DNA of 64,000 nucleotides from a virus: IMG/VR virus record IMGVR_UViG_3300044712_000732, positions 125,776 to 189,775 of that record; one strand, 5' to 3'. Shown piece by piece: positions 57,581 to 64,000 of this stretch (position 1 is its first letter; each line of letters starts with the position of its first letter). The notes under the pieces were generated by a model. It saw only the letters and a program-made list of their open reading frames with translations, ran no database searches and was not told where the DNA came from. The position numbers and the translations under genes were made by a program.

Positions 57581-57997
57581 ATGAGTATACAAGAAACAAT
57601 AAAAAATGACTTAGTGGTAGCCATGAAGTCTAAAAATGTAGAAACAACATCTTTATTGAGAGTTGTTTTAGGTGAATTCAGTACTGTAGCTAGTCGAATG
57701 CCAAATAATTCTGAAAAAGTATTATCTGATGATTTAGCACTTAAAGAAATCCGAAGAATGTATGAAAATGCGAAAATGATGCAAAACCAATTCGAAATTG
57801 ATACATTAGATAAATATCTTCCTAAAATGCTTTCCGAAGACCAAATCAAAAATATTATAGTAACTATAATATCTGAAAAAAATATTTCAGGTATACAAAA
57901 TATGGGTAAAGTTATGGGTGAAATTAAACTTCTTCCTACTGCTAGTATGATAGATAACAAAATCGCCAGTAATATAGTTAAAGAACTATTAAAATGA
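57581..57997 (+). CDS. GatB/YqeY-domain protein
   Basis: Matches the YqeY pattern along its length: ...DLVVAMKSKN...LLRVVLGEF...YLPKMLSEDQIKNIIVTIISEKNISGIQNMGKVMGEIK...IASNIVKELL. Confidence 0.7.
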   Translation: MSIQETIKNDLVVAMKSKNVETTSLLRVVLGEFSTVASRMPNNSEKVLSDDLALKEIRRMYENAKMMQNQFEIDTLDKYLPKMLSEDQIKNIIVTIISEKNISGIQNMGKVMGEIKLLPTASMIDNKIASNIVKELLK

Positions 57998-58236
57998 AAC
58001 CAAACCCTAAATTTAAAAAAGGTGATAGATGTGTTTTTGTTTATCCTGTGGGTAAAGGTAAAAATAAAAAATGGGAAGTTTTAGATGATAATATGATTAT
58101 AAATAGTGAACCATTTTGGTATGAAAGGGATTGGTATTATAATATAGTCGGAAAAGCAAATCCATGTAATGATGCGTATTTAATTTTATATACAGATTTA
58201 AAAAATGACATACTTAACTGCTTGGAGAAAAGGTGA
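57994..58236 (+). CDS. hypothetical protein (80 aa)
   Basis: ORF. Confidence 0.35.
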   Translation: MKPNPKFKKGDRCVFVYPVGKGKNKKWEVLDDNMIINSEPFWYERDWYYNIVGKANPCNDAYLILYTDLKNDILNCLEKR

Positions 58237-58456
58237 TTTAGTTAGATTACCAAATGGTGATGAGTTTCGATTAACTTCTGATGGTTATGAAAAACGACCA
58301 TATCCGTATTGCCAAACCTTTGAGTCGTGGGAGTTGACCCTCAAATGGGCATTGAACCTGTTCATTACAAAGATGGTAGGTTTTACATTGATGGGCCAAC
58401 ATGGACAGAACAACGTGTGGAATATTAAAAACAGGAATAGTGCTAGAGACAAATAA
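58205..58456 (+). CDS. hypothetical protein (83 aa)
   Basis: ORF. Confidence 0.35.
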   Translation: MTYLTAWRKGDLVRLPNGDEFRLTSDGYEKRPYPYCQTFESWELTLKWALNLFITKMVGFTLMGQHGQNNVWNIKNRNSARDK

Positions 58457-58526
58457 ATCATCGTTATGAAATGACACCAGGTAAACAAAAAGAATTTTAG
58501 GGTGGATTTTTTATATATAAAAGAAA

Positions 58527-59000
58527 ATGATGAAAGATTTGAAAAAGTTTATAGCAACTACTATACGAGAGTATTTGAATGAAAGTATTAATAATATTTT
58601 ACAAAATTCATTAAAAATTATAGGTGATAAATATTCAAAAGAACATAATAAAACACCACAAGAATTAAATAGTGGAGATTGTGAAGATATTGCTTATGAT
58701 GTTATTGAAAATATTGGTGGTGAAACATCTAATACATACATTATAGATGATGGATGGTTTTGGAATATTGACATAAAAAGTAAATATAAAACAGAAAGTG
58801 GTGAGTATTGGAATGTGAAAAATTTAAAAAAATATGGAGAACCACCATTTGGTTATGACAAGTTAAATAAATTAGATTTAAAAGGTCATGTTTGGATATT
58901 TTCAAAAGGAAAACATTATGATGTTGAAACATTACAAGGTGTTGATAATTTTTGGTATTTACCAATATACCAAAGACAACTTGCCAACTTGATAATTTAA
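58527..59000 (+). CDS. hypothetical protein (157 aa)
   Basis: ORF. Confidence 0.4.
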   Translation: MMKDLKKFIATTIREYLNESINNILQNSLKIIGDKYSKEHNKTPQELNSGDCEDIAYDVIENIGGETSNTYIIDDGWFWNIDIKSKYKTESGEYWNVKNLKKYGEPPFGYDKLNKLDLKGHVWIFSKGKHYDVETLQGVDNFWYLPIYQRQLANLII

Positions 59001-59114
59001 TATCTTTGTGCGTTGGGTAAATTCTTTTTGTTTTTCAATACAAAACACAAATCGAAGAACTGATACTGATAAATACGGTCACCCAATATTAGCAATATTT
59101 AAATTTAAATAATA

Positions 59115-59618
59115 ATGAAAAAAACATATCAAACAATAATAGAAAAAGGTAATGGTAATTGTATGCAAGCCGCATTAGCATCATTATTTAATCTTGAATT
59201 AACTGATGTACCACATTTTCTTAGTTATGGTGAAGATTGTTTTAAAGTGTGGCACGATTTTATAAAAAATCATGGGTATGAACAAACTGGTGTATTATTT
59301 AATAAAAACTATAATAGATTATTAGCACCAACTGCGTGTTGTTTTAAAAAAGAAGCTTGGTATAGACCTGGACTATTAAGTATAACAAATCTTAAAAAAC
59401 ATGGTGGTGTTGATGGTTTCTTTTATGCAAGTGTATATTCACCAAAATATTTTAACTATAAAGATGGTTTTATGAATACACACGCTGTTATTGTTGATAT
59501 TAATTGTAATGTTGTTCATGATCCAAATCCTGAATATGAAAAAATAATAAAATACCCATTAGCAGACTTACTCAAATTTAATGGTATTCTTGATGTAACA
59601 TTAATAAAAAAATTGTAA
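59115..59618 (+). CDS. papain-like (C39-like) cysteine peptidase candidate
   Basis: GNGNCMQAALASLF (Cys nucleophile context) and downstream NTHAVIVD (His). Confidence 0.35.
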   Translation: MKKTYQTIIEKGNGNCMQAALASLFNLELTDVPHFLSYGEDCFKVWHDFIKNHGYEQTGVLFNKNYNRLLAPTACCFKKEAWYRPGLLSITNLKKHGGVDGFFYASVYSPKYFNYKDGFMNTHAVIVDINCNVVHDPNPEYEKIIKYPLADLLKFNGILDVTLIKKL

Positions 59619-59730
59619 ATATGTCTAAATGTGTAAATGAAAAATGTATCGGAAATGATACGTTTTTTAATAATTGGTTGAAAATATAAAAAATTAAATA
59701 ATTAAATTTAAACACATTACAAAAAAAAAC

Positions 59731-59782
59731 TTTATTTTTTTAAAAAACGTGTAAAAAAGTTTTTTTAATCAAAATAAAGTTT
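59731..59782. repeat. 12-bp inverted repeat aaactttatttt / aaaataaagttt flanking a 28-bp spacer, just upstream of a promoter cassette
   Basis: Exact reverse complements at 59731-59742 and 59771-59782. Confidence 0.5.
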
Positions 59783-59783
59783 T

Positions 59784-59791
59784 TATATTTG
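59784..59791 (+). promoter_or_regulatory. TAnnTTTG -7 element within conserved cassette caaaataaagtttttatatttgcatc
   Basis: 20 nt upstream of ATG 59812; cassette repeated at 60003-60030. Confidence 0.5.
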
Positions 59792-59811
59792 CATCATAAT
59801 TAATCAGAATA

Positions 59812-59979
59812 ATGGAAAATATAAATAATGTATTGACAGAATTGCAAGAAAGACAAAATGATTTTGAAAACCCAAGTTCATATCAAGAATCAGAATGGTA
59901 TGTGAAATGTAGGGCAAAAGCAGAAGCATTTGAAGAAGCAATTAACATTGTGAAAAGACATTTTTCAATAAAAGATTAA
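59812..59979 (+). CDS. small hypothetical protein (55 aa), not in ORF track
   Basis: ATG preceded by promoter cassette; MENINNVLTELQERQNDFENPSSYQESEWYVKCRAKAEAFEEAINIVKRHFSIKD. Confidence 0.4.
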   Translation: MENINNVLTELQERQNDFENPSSYQESEWYVKCRAKAEAFEEAINIVKRHFSIKD

Positions 59980-60018
59980 AAAAAGTGCAAAAAAATTTTT
60001 TTATTCAAAATAAAGTTT

Positions 60019-60026
60019 TATATTTG
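60019..60026 (+). promoter_or_regulatory. TAnnTTTG -7 element within second copy of the cassette
   Basis: 22 nt upstream of ATG 60049. Confidence 0.5.
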
Positions 60027-60048
60027 CATCGAAATTAAAACAACAAAA

Positions 60049-60246
60049 ATGAAAACAATAACAATTTGGTTTATGATAATTGCTCTTAAAAAAGCAATCG
60101 AAACAAAAGAAAAAGAAACAAATTCTATCTTAATTAGTGCTTATGAAATATTGATTAAAAATTATAGTGATACAATTATGTTGCTTAAAGCAGAAAGAAC
60201 AGCTAAAATAGGAAAAATAAAAAATAAACTTTTTAAAACAAAATAA
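60049..60246 (+). CDS. small hypothetical protein (65 aa)
   Basis: ORF; its 3' end lies in the 32-nt direct repeat. Confidence 0.4.
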   Translation: MKTITIWFMIIALKKAIETKEKETNSILISAYEILIKNYSDTIMLLKAERTAKIGKIKNKLFKTK

Positions 60247-60389
60247 CTAAAAGAAAATAAATATTTAATTGGTGGTGTAGGGTTAGATTCAAACTCTAAA
60301 CAATTAAATATTTATTTTAAAAATGGAAAAAAATGAGTTTTTTATTAAAATATATAATAAAAAATAAACTTTTTAAAACAAAATAACTA
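60218..60389. repeat. two 32-nt direct repeats (taaaaaataaactttttaaaacaaaataacta; 60218-60249 and 60358-60389) bracketing a perfect 17-bp inverted repeat hairpin (60259-60275 / 60302-60318, 26-nt loop)
   Basis: Direct reading and reverse-complement check. Confidence 0.7.
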
Positions 60390-60433
60390 GAAATAACAGA
60401 AACAAAAATTAATTATTAAAAAAGCAAACAGAG

Positions 60434-60553
60434 ATGAACCGAAATTATATATATAACGAATGTAACGAAGATATGAATGAAGAAATTTATATCATTGATG
60501 ATAATTCGATTCAATTTGACTGTGGATGTGGATGTATGATATTAGGCTAAATA
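60434..60553 (+). CDS. possible small Cys-rich peptide (39 aa), not in ORF track
   Basis: MNRNYIYNECNEDMNEEIYIIDDNSIQFDCGCGCMILG followed by terminator. Confidence 0.2.
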
Positions 60554-60575
60554 AAAAAGCAAAATAAAAACAGAA

Positions 60576-60606
60576 AACCCAGTCAACAAAAAAGGCTGGG
60601 TTTTTT
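60576..60606 (+). terminator. intrinsic terminator
   Basis: AACCCAG-13nt-CTGGGTT followed by tttt. Confidence 0.5.
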
Positions 60607-60610
60607 AATT

Positions 60611-60829
60611 ATGAAAAAAGAAGAAGAAAAAGAAGTTGTAGAATTAATAGATAAACAAGAAAATTACGAACAACTAAAAAAACAATCAGAATTAACTGAA
60701 AAATTTATAAGGTTAGCTGATAATTTGAAAATTGATGATAAAGAAATTCCAAAAACTGAAAAAGGTTTGACAACAAAAGCAAAAGAGTTATTGGAAAAAG
60801 TTCAAAAAAAGATTGAAAAAGAAATTTAA
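60611..60829 (+). CDS. hypothetical lysine/glutamate-rich protein (72 aa)
   Basis: ORF. Confidence 0.35.
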   Translation: MKKEEEKEVVELIDKQENYEQLKKQSELTEKFIRLADNLKIDDKEIPKTEKGLTTKAKELLEKVQKKIEKEI

Positions 60830-60835
60830 AGATAT

Positions 60836-60925
60836 TGCGGTGTGGAGAAGTTGGTCATCTCACCTGTCTCATAAGCACGGAGTCCCTAATAAGGTTTAAC
60901 ACAGGTTCAAATCCTGTCGCCGCTA
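60836..60925 (+). tRNA. tRNA-like, CAT anticodon loop; probable degenerate duplicate of the adjacent initiator tRNA with ~16-nt insertion in the variable region
   Basis: Acceptor TGCGGTG/CGCCGCT, D-arm GAGAagttggtcaTCTC and T-arm ACAGGttcaaatCCTGT are clear. Anticodon stem is imperfect; extra AGTCCCTAATAAGGTTTAAC. Confidence 0.35.
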
Positions 60926-60939
60926 CAAATATCAAACAT

Positions 60940-61012
<73 letters not shown>

Positions 61013-61035
61013 CAAAAATAAATAAAAGTAAAACG

Positions 61036-61128
61036 ATGAAAAATTGTATGAACATATGTAATTATTGCAACATTAATATTATTAATGATGATGAACGTAT
61101 GGATTATAGTTTACATTGGATTGGATAA
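61036..61128 (+). CDS. possible tiny Cys-rich peptide (30 aa)
   Basis: MKNCMNICNYCNINIINDDERMDYSLHWIG followed by a strong terminator; may be spurious. Confidence 0.15.
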   Translation: MKNCMNICNYCNINIINDDERMDYSLHWIG

Positions 61129-61150
61129 ATTATACTTAGATGAGTAAAAA

Positions 61151-61181
61151 AGCCAATCCTTAAACAAGATTGGCTTTTTTT
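61151..61181 (+). terminator. intrinsic terminator
   Basis: AGCCAATC-9nt-GATTGGCT followed by ttttttt. Confidence 0.6.
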
Positions 61182-61227
61182 ATTAAAATTGTTCTTTGAC
61201 ATATTGGGAAATAAAATAAAATGATGT

Positions 61228-61289
61228 AATTAATCGTCCGATTATCGGATGATTGTTCAAAAAATCGGATGATTTTCGGGCGATTAATT
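61228..61289. repeat. 9-bp inverted repeat aattaatcg/cgattaatt enclosing two copies of atcggatgatt
   Basis: Direct reading; lies immediately upstream of the tRNA at 61294 and has a sigma70-like TTGACA-15-TAAAAT 30 nt further upstream (61195-61221). Confidence 0.4.
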
Positions 61290-61293
61290 AAAT

Positions 61294-61379
61294 GTTGCGG
61301 TATGCAAATGGCCTAAGCGAACAGACTTTCATTCTGTACTTCTGAAAAGAAGTTGCGGGTTCGACTCCCGTCCGCAATA
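61294..61379 (+). tRNA. tRNA with type-II (long variable arm) architecture and anticodon loop CTTTCAT (anticodon TTC, Glu-type) by hand folding
   Basis: Acceptor GTTGCGG/CCGCAAT, D-stem TGC/GCG with GG loop, anticodon stem ACAGA/TCTGT, 16-nt variable hairpin ACTTCTgaaaAGAAGT, T-arm GCGGGttcgactCCCGT, A73. Confidence 0.5.
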
Positions 61380-61388
61380 CTTTTTTAT

Positions 61389-61462
61389 GCTGCTTTCGTA
61401 TAATTGGAATAGTACCTCAGACCTCAATCTGGAAAATACGGGTTCGAGTCCCGCAGGCAGTA
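61389..61462 (+). tRNA. tRNA-like element, atypical (6-nt anticodon loop CCTCAA); possible pseudo-tRNA
   Basis: Acceptor GCTGCTT/AGGCAGT, T-loop TTCGAGT with 4-5-bp stem; D and anticodon arms suboptimal. Confidence 0.3.
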
Positions 61463-61467
61463 CATTT

Positions 61468-61539
61468 GGCGCATTCGTCTAACGGTTAGGACGTTTGGTT
61501 TTCAACCAAAAAATGGGATTTCGATTATCCCATGCGCTA
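61468..61539 (+). tRNA. tRNA-Glu (TTC)
   Basis: Canonical cloverleaf: GGCGCAT / GTCTaacggttaGGAC / TTTGGttttcaaCCAAA / GGGATttcgattATCCC / ATGCGCT; D-arm resembles bacterial tRNA-Glu. Confidence 0.75.
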
Positions 61540-61615
61540 CTAATGAATAAAGAAAACATTCAGCAAACAAAAATTGACTGCAAATCAAACAAAACCGTTT
61601 TCTGTTTCATATTTT

Positions 61616-61699
61616 GGTCTCGGGGGCTGCTTGGTGTGGCCGCCTGCCTGTCACGCAGGAACCGTAAGGATCAGGAGGGTTCGAATCCCTTCGGGACCG
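61616..61699 (+). tRNA. tRNA with Asp-type anticodon arm (CCTGC-CTGTCAC-GCAGG, GTC) but type-II-like body (3-bp D stem, ~15-nt variable region), G73
   Basis: Acceptor GGTCTCG/CGGGACC, T-arm GAGGGttcgaatCCCTT; anticodon arm identical to E. coli tRNA-Asp. Confidence 0.45.
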
Positions 61700-61709
61700 C
61701 ATTTAAATT

Positions 61710-61802
61710 GGGGTGCGTTGCTTCATGGGGTCTGTAAAACCCTTCTGCGTTAACAAAATAGAAGCTGGTGGCAGTTTTGAGGTTCAATTCCTTCGTATCC
61801 CA
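61710..61802 (+). tRNA. tRNA-like region (93 nt) with Tyr-type anticodon hairpin GGGGT-CTGTAAA-ACCCT and T-arm, but no canonical D-arm and 35 nt between anticodon and T arms
   Basis: Acceptor GGGGTGC/GTATCCC (2 GU pairs); irregular, may be a pseudogene or carry an insertion. Confidence 0.3.
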
Positions 61803-61823
61803 CAAATTGAACGCAAATTATAT

Positions 61824-61896
61824 GGTGAAGAAGCTAGTATGGTACAGCTACGGTCTGTTAAACCGAGGATAGTGGGATCGTTACCCACCTTCACCG
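61824..61896 (+). tRNA. tRNA-Asn (GTT)
   Basis: Acceptor GGTGAAG/CTTCACC perfect, anticodon loop CTGTTAA, T-arm GTGGGatcgttaCCCAC. Confidence 0.7.
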
Positions 61897-61953
61897 CAAT
61901 ATACTGTACTTCGAGAAGAAGGTAATGATAAGAATCATTCAGTACTATTTTTT

Positions 61954-62029
61954 GGTGCGTTGAGCGTACATGAGTACGAACCTGGCTGTCACCCAGGTAA
62001 AACTAGGGGTTCGATACCCCTACGCACCG
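61954..62029 (+). tRNA. tRNA with anticodon GTC (Asp-type loop CTGTCAC), unusual D-arm (5-bp stem CGTAC/GTACG with 4-nt loop)
   Basis: Acceptor GGTGCGT/ACGCACC perfect, anticodon stem CCTGG/CCAGG, T-arm AGGGGttcgataCCCCT. Confidence 0.5.
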
Positions 62030-62034
62030 CAAAC

Positions 62035-62116
62035 TGTGGTGTATTCAGCCGATCCTGATAAGATCGAGAACTTGTAATTGGTATTGTAAATGTGGGTTCA
62101 AGTCCCACCACCACAA
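62035..62116 (+). tRNA. tRNA-like element with Ile-type anticodon hairpin (CGATC-CTGATAA-GATCG) but no D-arm at the canonical position and a 25-nt region containing GTAATTGGTA between anticodon and T arms
   Basis: Acceptor TGTGGTG/CACCACA perfect; T-arm GTGGGttcaagtCCCAC. Confidence 0.35.
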
Positions 62117-62281
62117 CATTTAGACAACAACGGGGGACTTTAGTTATCTCAATGGTTATCAGCATGAGGTATCTAAAATAGTTTAGTGATATTTTTTCGT
62201 AAATATTAAAACCTATTTGAAATCTTATTCGTATTAATAAACAACTTAGAAAATAAGAAAAATTAAATAAAGCTGATTTAT

Positions 62282-62366
62282 GGAAGTATTGGGCAACTGG
62301 TTGCCTAGCGGGCCGTAACCCCGTGATCTTACGATATTGGGGGTTCGAATCCCTCTGCTTCCACCA
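62282..62366 (+). tRNA. tRNA-Tyr (GTA), type II, genomically encoded CCA
   Basis: GGAAGTA/TGCTTCC acceptor, anticodon stem GCGGG/CCCGT with loop CCGTAAC, 14-nt variable arm, T-arm GGGGGttcgaatCCCTC, A73 then CCA. Confidence 0.65.
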
Positions 62367-62420
62367 TCGAAAATAACAAAAAATGACTTTATTTATTTAA
62401 TATATAGAATAAAAACTAAT

Positions 62421-63125
62421 ATGAAAAATAAATGGTCAAAAAATAACTTATTTGATGTTATTAATACATCAAATAATAAAATTGAAGTTTTAACAAAACT
62501 TAAATTAACAATATTTACGGGAAATTATGATACATTAAATAAATACATTAAAAAATATAATATAGATATATCACACTTTAAACGAAATCATAATATAGAT
62601 AATTTAAATAATTTTAAAAAAATTGATTTAAAAAATATATTAGTAGAAAATTCAACCTATAGTCGATCTAAATTAAAAGAAAGATTATATAAAGAAGGTT
62701 TAAAAGAAAGAAAATGTGAAAAATGTGGGCAAGATGAAGAATGGAATGGTGATCATATTAGTTTAATTCTAGATCACATCAATGGTATTAATGATGATAA
62801 TAGAATAGAAAATTTAAGAATACTTTGTCCAAATTGTAATGCTACATTAGACACACATTGTGGAAAAAATGTTAAAGATAAAAGCAAAACAAATATAACT
62901 ATCAAAACAAAAAATGACAAATATTGTTTATGTGGTAAGAATATAGACAAAAGATCAAAAAAATGCAAATCTTGTAATAACATAGAATTATCTATATTGC
63001 AACGTAAAGTTGAAAGACCAACATATGATACATTATTAAAAAATATTGAAGATTTTGGATATTCTGGTACAGGAAGAATATATAATGTAAGTGATAATAC
63101 AATACGAAAATGGATAAAAAAATAA
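62421..63125 (+). CDS. HNH homing endonuclease nested in the tRNA array
   Basis: CEKCGQDEEWNGDHISLILDHINGINDDNRIENLRILCPNCN (HNH motif). Start placed at MKNKWSKNN (62421) because the track's upstream extension overlaps tRNA-Tyr. Confidence 0.7.
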   Translation: MKNKWSKNNLFDVINTSNNKIEVLTKLKLTIFTGNYDTLNKYIKKYNIDISHFKRNHNIDNLNNFKKIDLKNILVENSTYSRSKLKERLYKEGLKERKCEKCGQDEEWNGDHISLILDHINGINDDNRIENLRILCPNCNATLDTHCGKNVKDKSKTNITIKTKNDKYCLCGKNIDKRSKKCKSCNNIELSILQRKVERPTYDTLLKNIEDFGYSGTGRIYNVSDNTIRKWIKK

Positions 63126-63210
63126 AGGGGGTATCGCATAGCGGCAATTGCAATTGACTGTAAATCAATCGTCTTATGGCTTCGTAGGTTCGAGTCCTAC
63201 TACCCCCACC
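63126..63210 (+). tRNA. tRNA-Tyr (GTA), type II, encoded CCA
   Basis: GGGGGTA/TACCCCC, D GCA/TGC with GG loop, anticodon ATTGA-CTGTAAA-TCAAT, 14-nt variable arm, T-arm GTAGGttcgagtCCTAC, A73 CCA; close to bacterial tRNA-Tyr. Confidence 0.8.
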
Positions 63211-63214
63211 AAAT

Positions 63215-63286
63215 TGGAAGTGTAGCTCAGAGGCAGAGCGTTTGCCCGTTAAGCAAGGGGTCGAGATTTCGAAATTCTCCATTTCC
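63215..63286 (+). tRNA. tRNA with anticodon GTT (Asn-type), C at position 33
   Basis: GGAAGTG/CATTTCC acceptor, D GCTC/GAGC, anticodon TTTGC-CCGTTAA-GCAAG, weak T-stem. Confidence 0.5.
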
Positions 63287-63290
63287 GCAA

Positions 63291-63363
63291 TGGTGTTGTA
63301 GTTCAGTGTGTAGAATAAGGCGTTGTCTGCGCCAAGGTCGTGAGTTCGAGTCTCATCAGCACC
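63291..63363 (+). tRNA. tRNA with anticodon GTC (loop TTGTCTG; U37 atypical)
   Basis: GGTGTTG/CAGCACC acceptor, D GTTC/GAAT, T-arm GTGAGttcgagtCTCAT. Confidence 0.45.
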
Positions 63364-63368
63364 GCATA

Positions 63369-63441
63369 AGGTAGTGTAGCTCAGTTGGTTAGAGCGGCGG
63401 ACTGTTAATCCGTAGGTCGGGGGATCGTAACCCTCCACTAC
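63369..63441 (+). tRNA. tRNA-Asn (GTT)
   Basis: Perfect acceptor GGTAGTG/CACTACC; anticodon arm GCGGA-CTGTTAA-TCCGT nearly identical to E. coli tRNA-Asn; T-arm GGGGGatcgtaaCCCTC. Confidence 0.8.
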
Positions 63442-63452
63442 CGCAAAATTAT

Positions 63453-63536
63453 TGCACAATTGGTCGAGTGGCTTAGGCAACGGTCTGCAAAATCGTAACG
63501 GAGAAATCCTACGGGGGTTCGAATCCCTCATTGTGC
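63453..63536 (+). tRNA. tRNA with Ser-like type-II body (D-arm GTC-gagtggcttag-GGC, 16-nt variable arm) but anticodon GCA and U73 (Cys identity elements)
   Basis: GCACAAT/ATTGTGC acceptor, anticodon ACGGT-CTGCAAA-ATCGT, T-arm GGGGGttcgaatCCCTC. Confidence 0.5.
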
Positions 63537-63580
63537 TCTTTTTAAATAAAAACAAATTCAAATTATTTATATGTTAAAAA

Positions 63581-63664
63581 TATCGTAGTGCGCAGAGTTG
63601 GTCTATTGCAGTGGGCTCATATCCCACCATCTTTGATATCGTGAGTTCGAATCTCACCTACGAT
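63581..63664 (+). tRNA. tRNA with type-II body (3-bp D stem, 13-nt variable arm) and anticodon CAT
   Basis: ATCGTAG/CTACGAT acceptor (extendable to 8 bp), anticodon GTGGG-CTCATAT-CCCAC, T-arm GTGAGttcgaatCTCAC, A73. Confidence 0.5.
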
Positions 63665-63677
63665 ACGGTAAATTTAA

Positions 63678-63754
63678 TGGGAATCTAGCTCAATTGGTCA
63701 GAGCATCTCGCTGATACCGAGAAGGTTGCAGATTCGAGTTCTGCGTTTCCCACC
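63678..63754 (+). tRNA. tRNA-Ile (GAT), encoded CCA
   Basis: Canonical type-I cloverleaf; D GCTCaattggtcaGAGC, anticodon TCTCG-CTGATAC-CGAGA, T-arm GCAGAttcgagtTCTGC, ACCA 3' end. Confidence 0.75.
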
Positions 63755-63757
63755 AAA

Positions 63758-63835
63758 TATCGGTGTATCTCAACTGGCTTATACCCAGGCATAACTGAGT
63801 AATTGGTGTATGTGGGTTCGAGTCCCACCTCCGAT
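63758..63835 (+). tRNA. tRNA-like element, anticodon hairpin CTGG-CTTATAC-CCAG (TAT?), no D-arm at canonical position, 22-nt region containing GTAATTGGTG before T-arm
   Basis: ATCGGTG/CTCCGAT acceptor (one U:U), T-arm GTGGGttcgagtCCCAC; same odd layout as 62035-62116. Confidence 0.3.
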
Positions 63836-63949
63836 ACAAATCCATTATAATAAGGCAAGTAAAAAATCTTGTAATCATAGGGTAGCGTGTCCGCAGCTAA
63901 TTGGGGATAAGTTGGTGATAATCCCAATCACGTCCTATGATGGGTTTTA

Positions 63950-64000
63950 TAGTGCTGTAGTTCAGATTGGTTAGAATACTAGACTGTCACTCTAGTGGTC
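63950..64000 (+). tRNA. tRNA-Asp (GTC), 5' part only (truncated by window end)
   Basis: GTAGTTCAGATTGGTTAGAATAC D-arm and CTAGA-CTGTCAC-TCTAG anticodon arm nearly identical to bacterial tRNA-Asp. Confidence 0.6.

Noticed and set aside
61461-61468. TACATTTG (TAnnTTTG match) immediately 5' of tRNA-Glu
   Set aside because: The motif abuts or overlaps the mature tRNA 5' end with no room for the ~7-nt spacing to a transcription start. Likely a chance match in AT-rich sequence.
62283-62366. Possible tmRNA (GGGGGTTCGAATCCCTCTGCTTCCACCA 3' end) to partner the phage SmpB
   Set aside because: The element is only ~85 nt and folds as a type-II tRNA-Tyr (GTA) with encoded CCA. No mRNA-like domain, pseudoknots or tag reading frame are present.
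63874-63939. Additional tRNA-like element (7-bp TCATAGG/CCTATGA stem enclosing a long hairpin with D-loop-like AAGTTGGTGATA loop)
   Set aside because: No TTCGA T-loop or anticodon arm could be identified. It may be a remnant or unrelated hairpin, so it is not annotated as tRNA.

Overview
This window is AT-rich (about 27% GC, estimated by eye) and densely coding. It looks like part of a large (jumbo or huge) tailed bacteriophage genome, not a eukaryotic giant virus. Three lines of evidence support that. First, it has many bacterial-type intrinsic terminators (GC hairpin followed by a T-run). Second, it encodes bacterial translation factors: SmpB, IF-3 and a YqeY/GatB-like protein. Third, the Bacteroidetes sigmaA-type -7 element TAnnTTTG sits 15-60 nt upstream of most plus-strand gene starts, which suggests a Bacteroidetes (Flavobacteriia-like) host. 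The window has three blocks. Positions 1-30 kb are mostly minus-strand genes for DNA metabolism. These include a PolB-type 3'-5' exonuclease domain on its own ORF and a separate PolB motif B/C fragment. They also include an N6-adenine methyltransferase, a metallophosphoesterase, a dNMP 5'-nucleotidase, an HD hydrolase and a J-domain protein. The block also holds LAGLIDADG and GIY-YIG endonucleases, SmpB, a GT9 glycosyltransferase, a trypsin-like protease and two SLOG-like Rossmann proteins. Positions 30-60 kb are a plus-strand block. It starts with a PIN-domain protein and a 7-kb array of six paralogous repeat proteins built from about 57-aa WGDWLG-type repeats. It continues with an SF2 helicase fused to a SAM methyltransferase, an HNH endonuclease, a T4 DenV-like pyrimidine-dimer glycosylase, a GH73 lysin and many small hypothetical genes. 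It also contains a GuaC/IMPDH-family gene fractured by a split intein with a free-standing Vsr-like homing endonuclease gene between the halves. Positions 60.8-64 kb are a dense tRNA array of at least 18 tRNA or tRNA-like genes with an HNH endonuclease gene nested inside. Several of these tRNAs fold, by hand, into type-II (long variable arm) shapes while carrying anticodons normally found on type-I tRNAs. Coding tandem repeats (DAEN, Thr-rich RRPITTTTTTT, DKV, SE) and a fresh 51-bp tandem duplication at a gene junction are also present. All calls come from reading the sequence and from motif-level recognition. No database searches were run.
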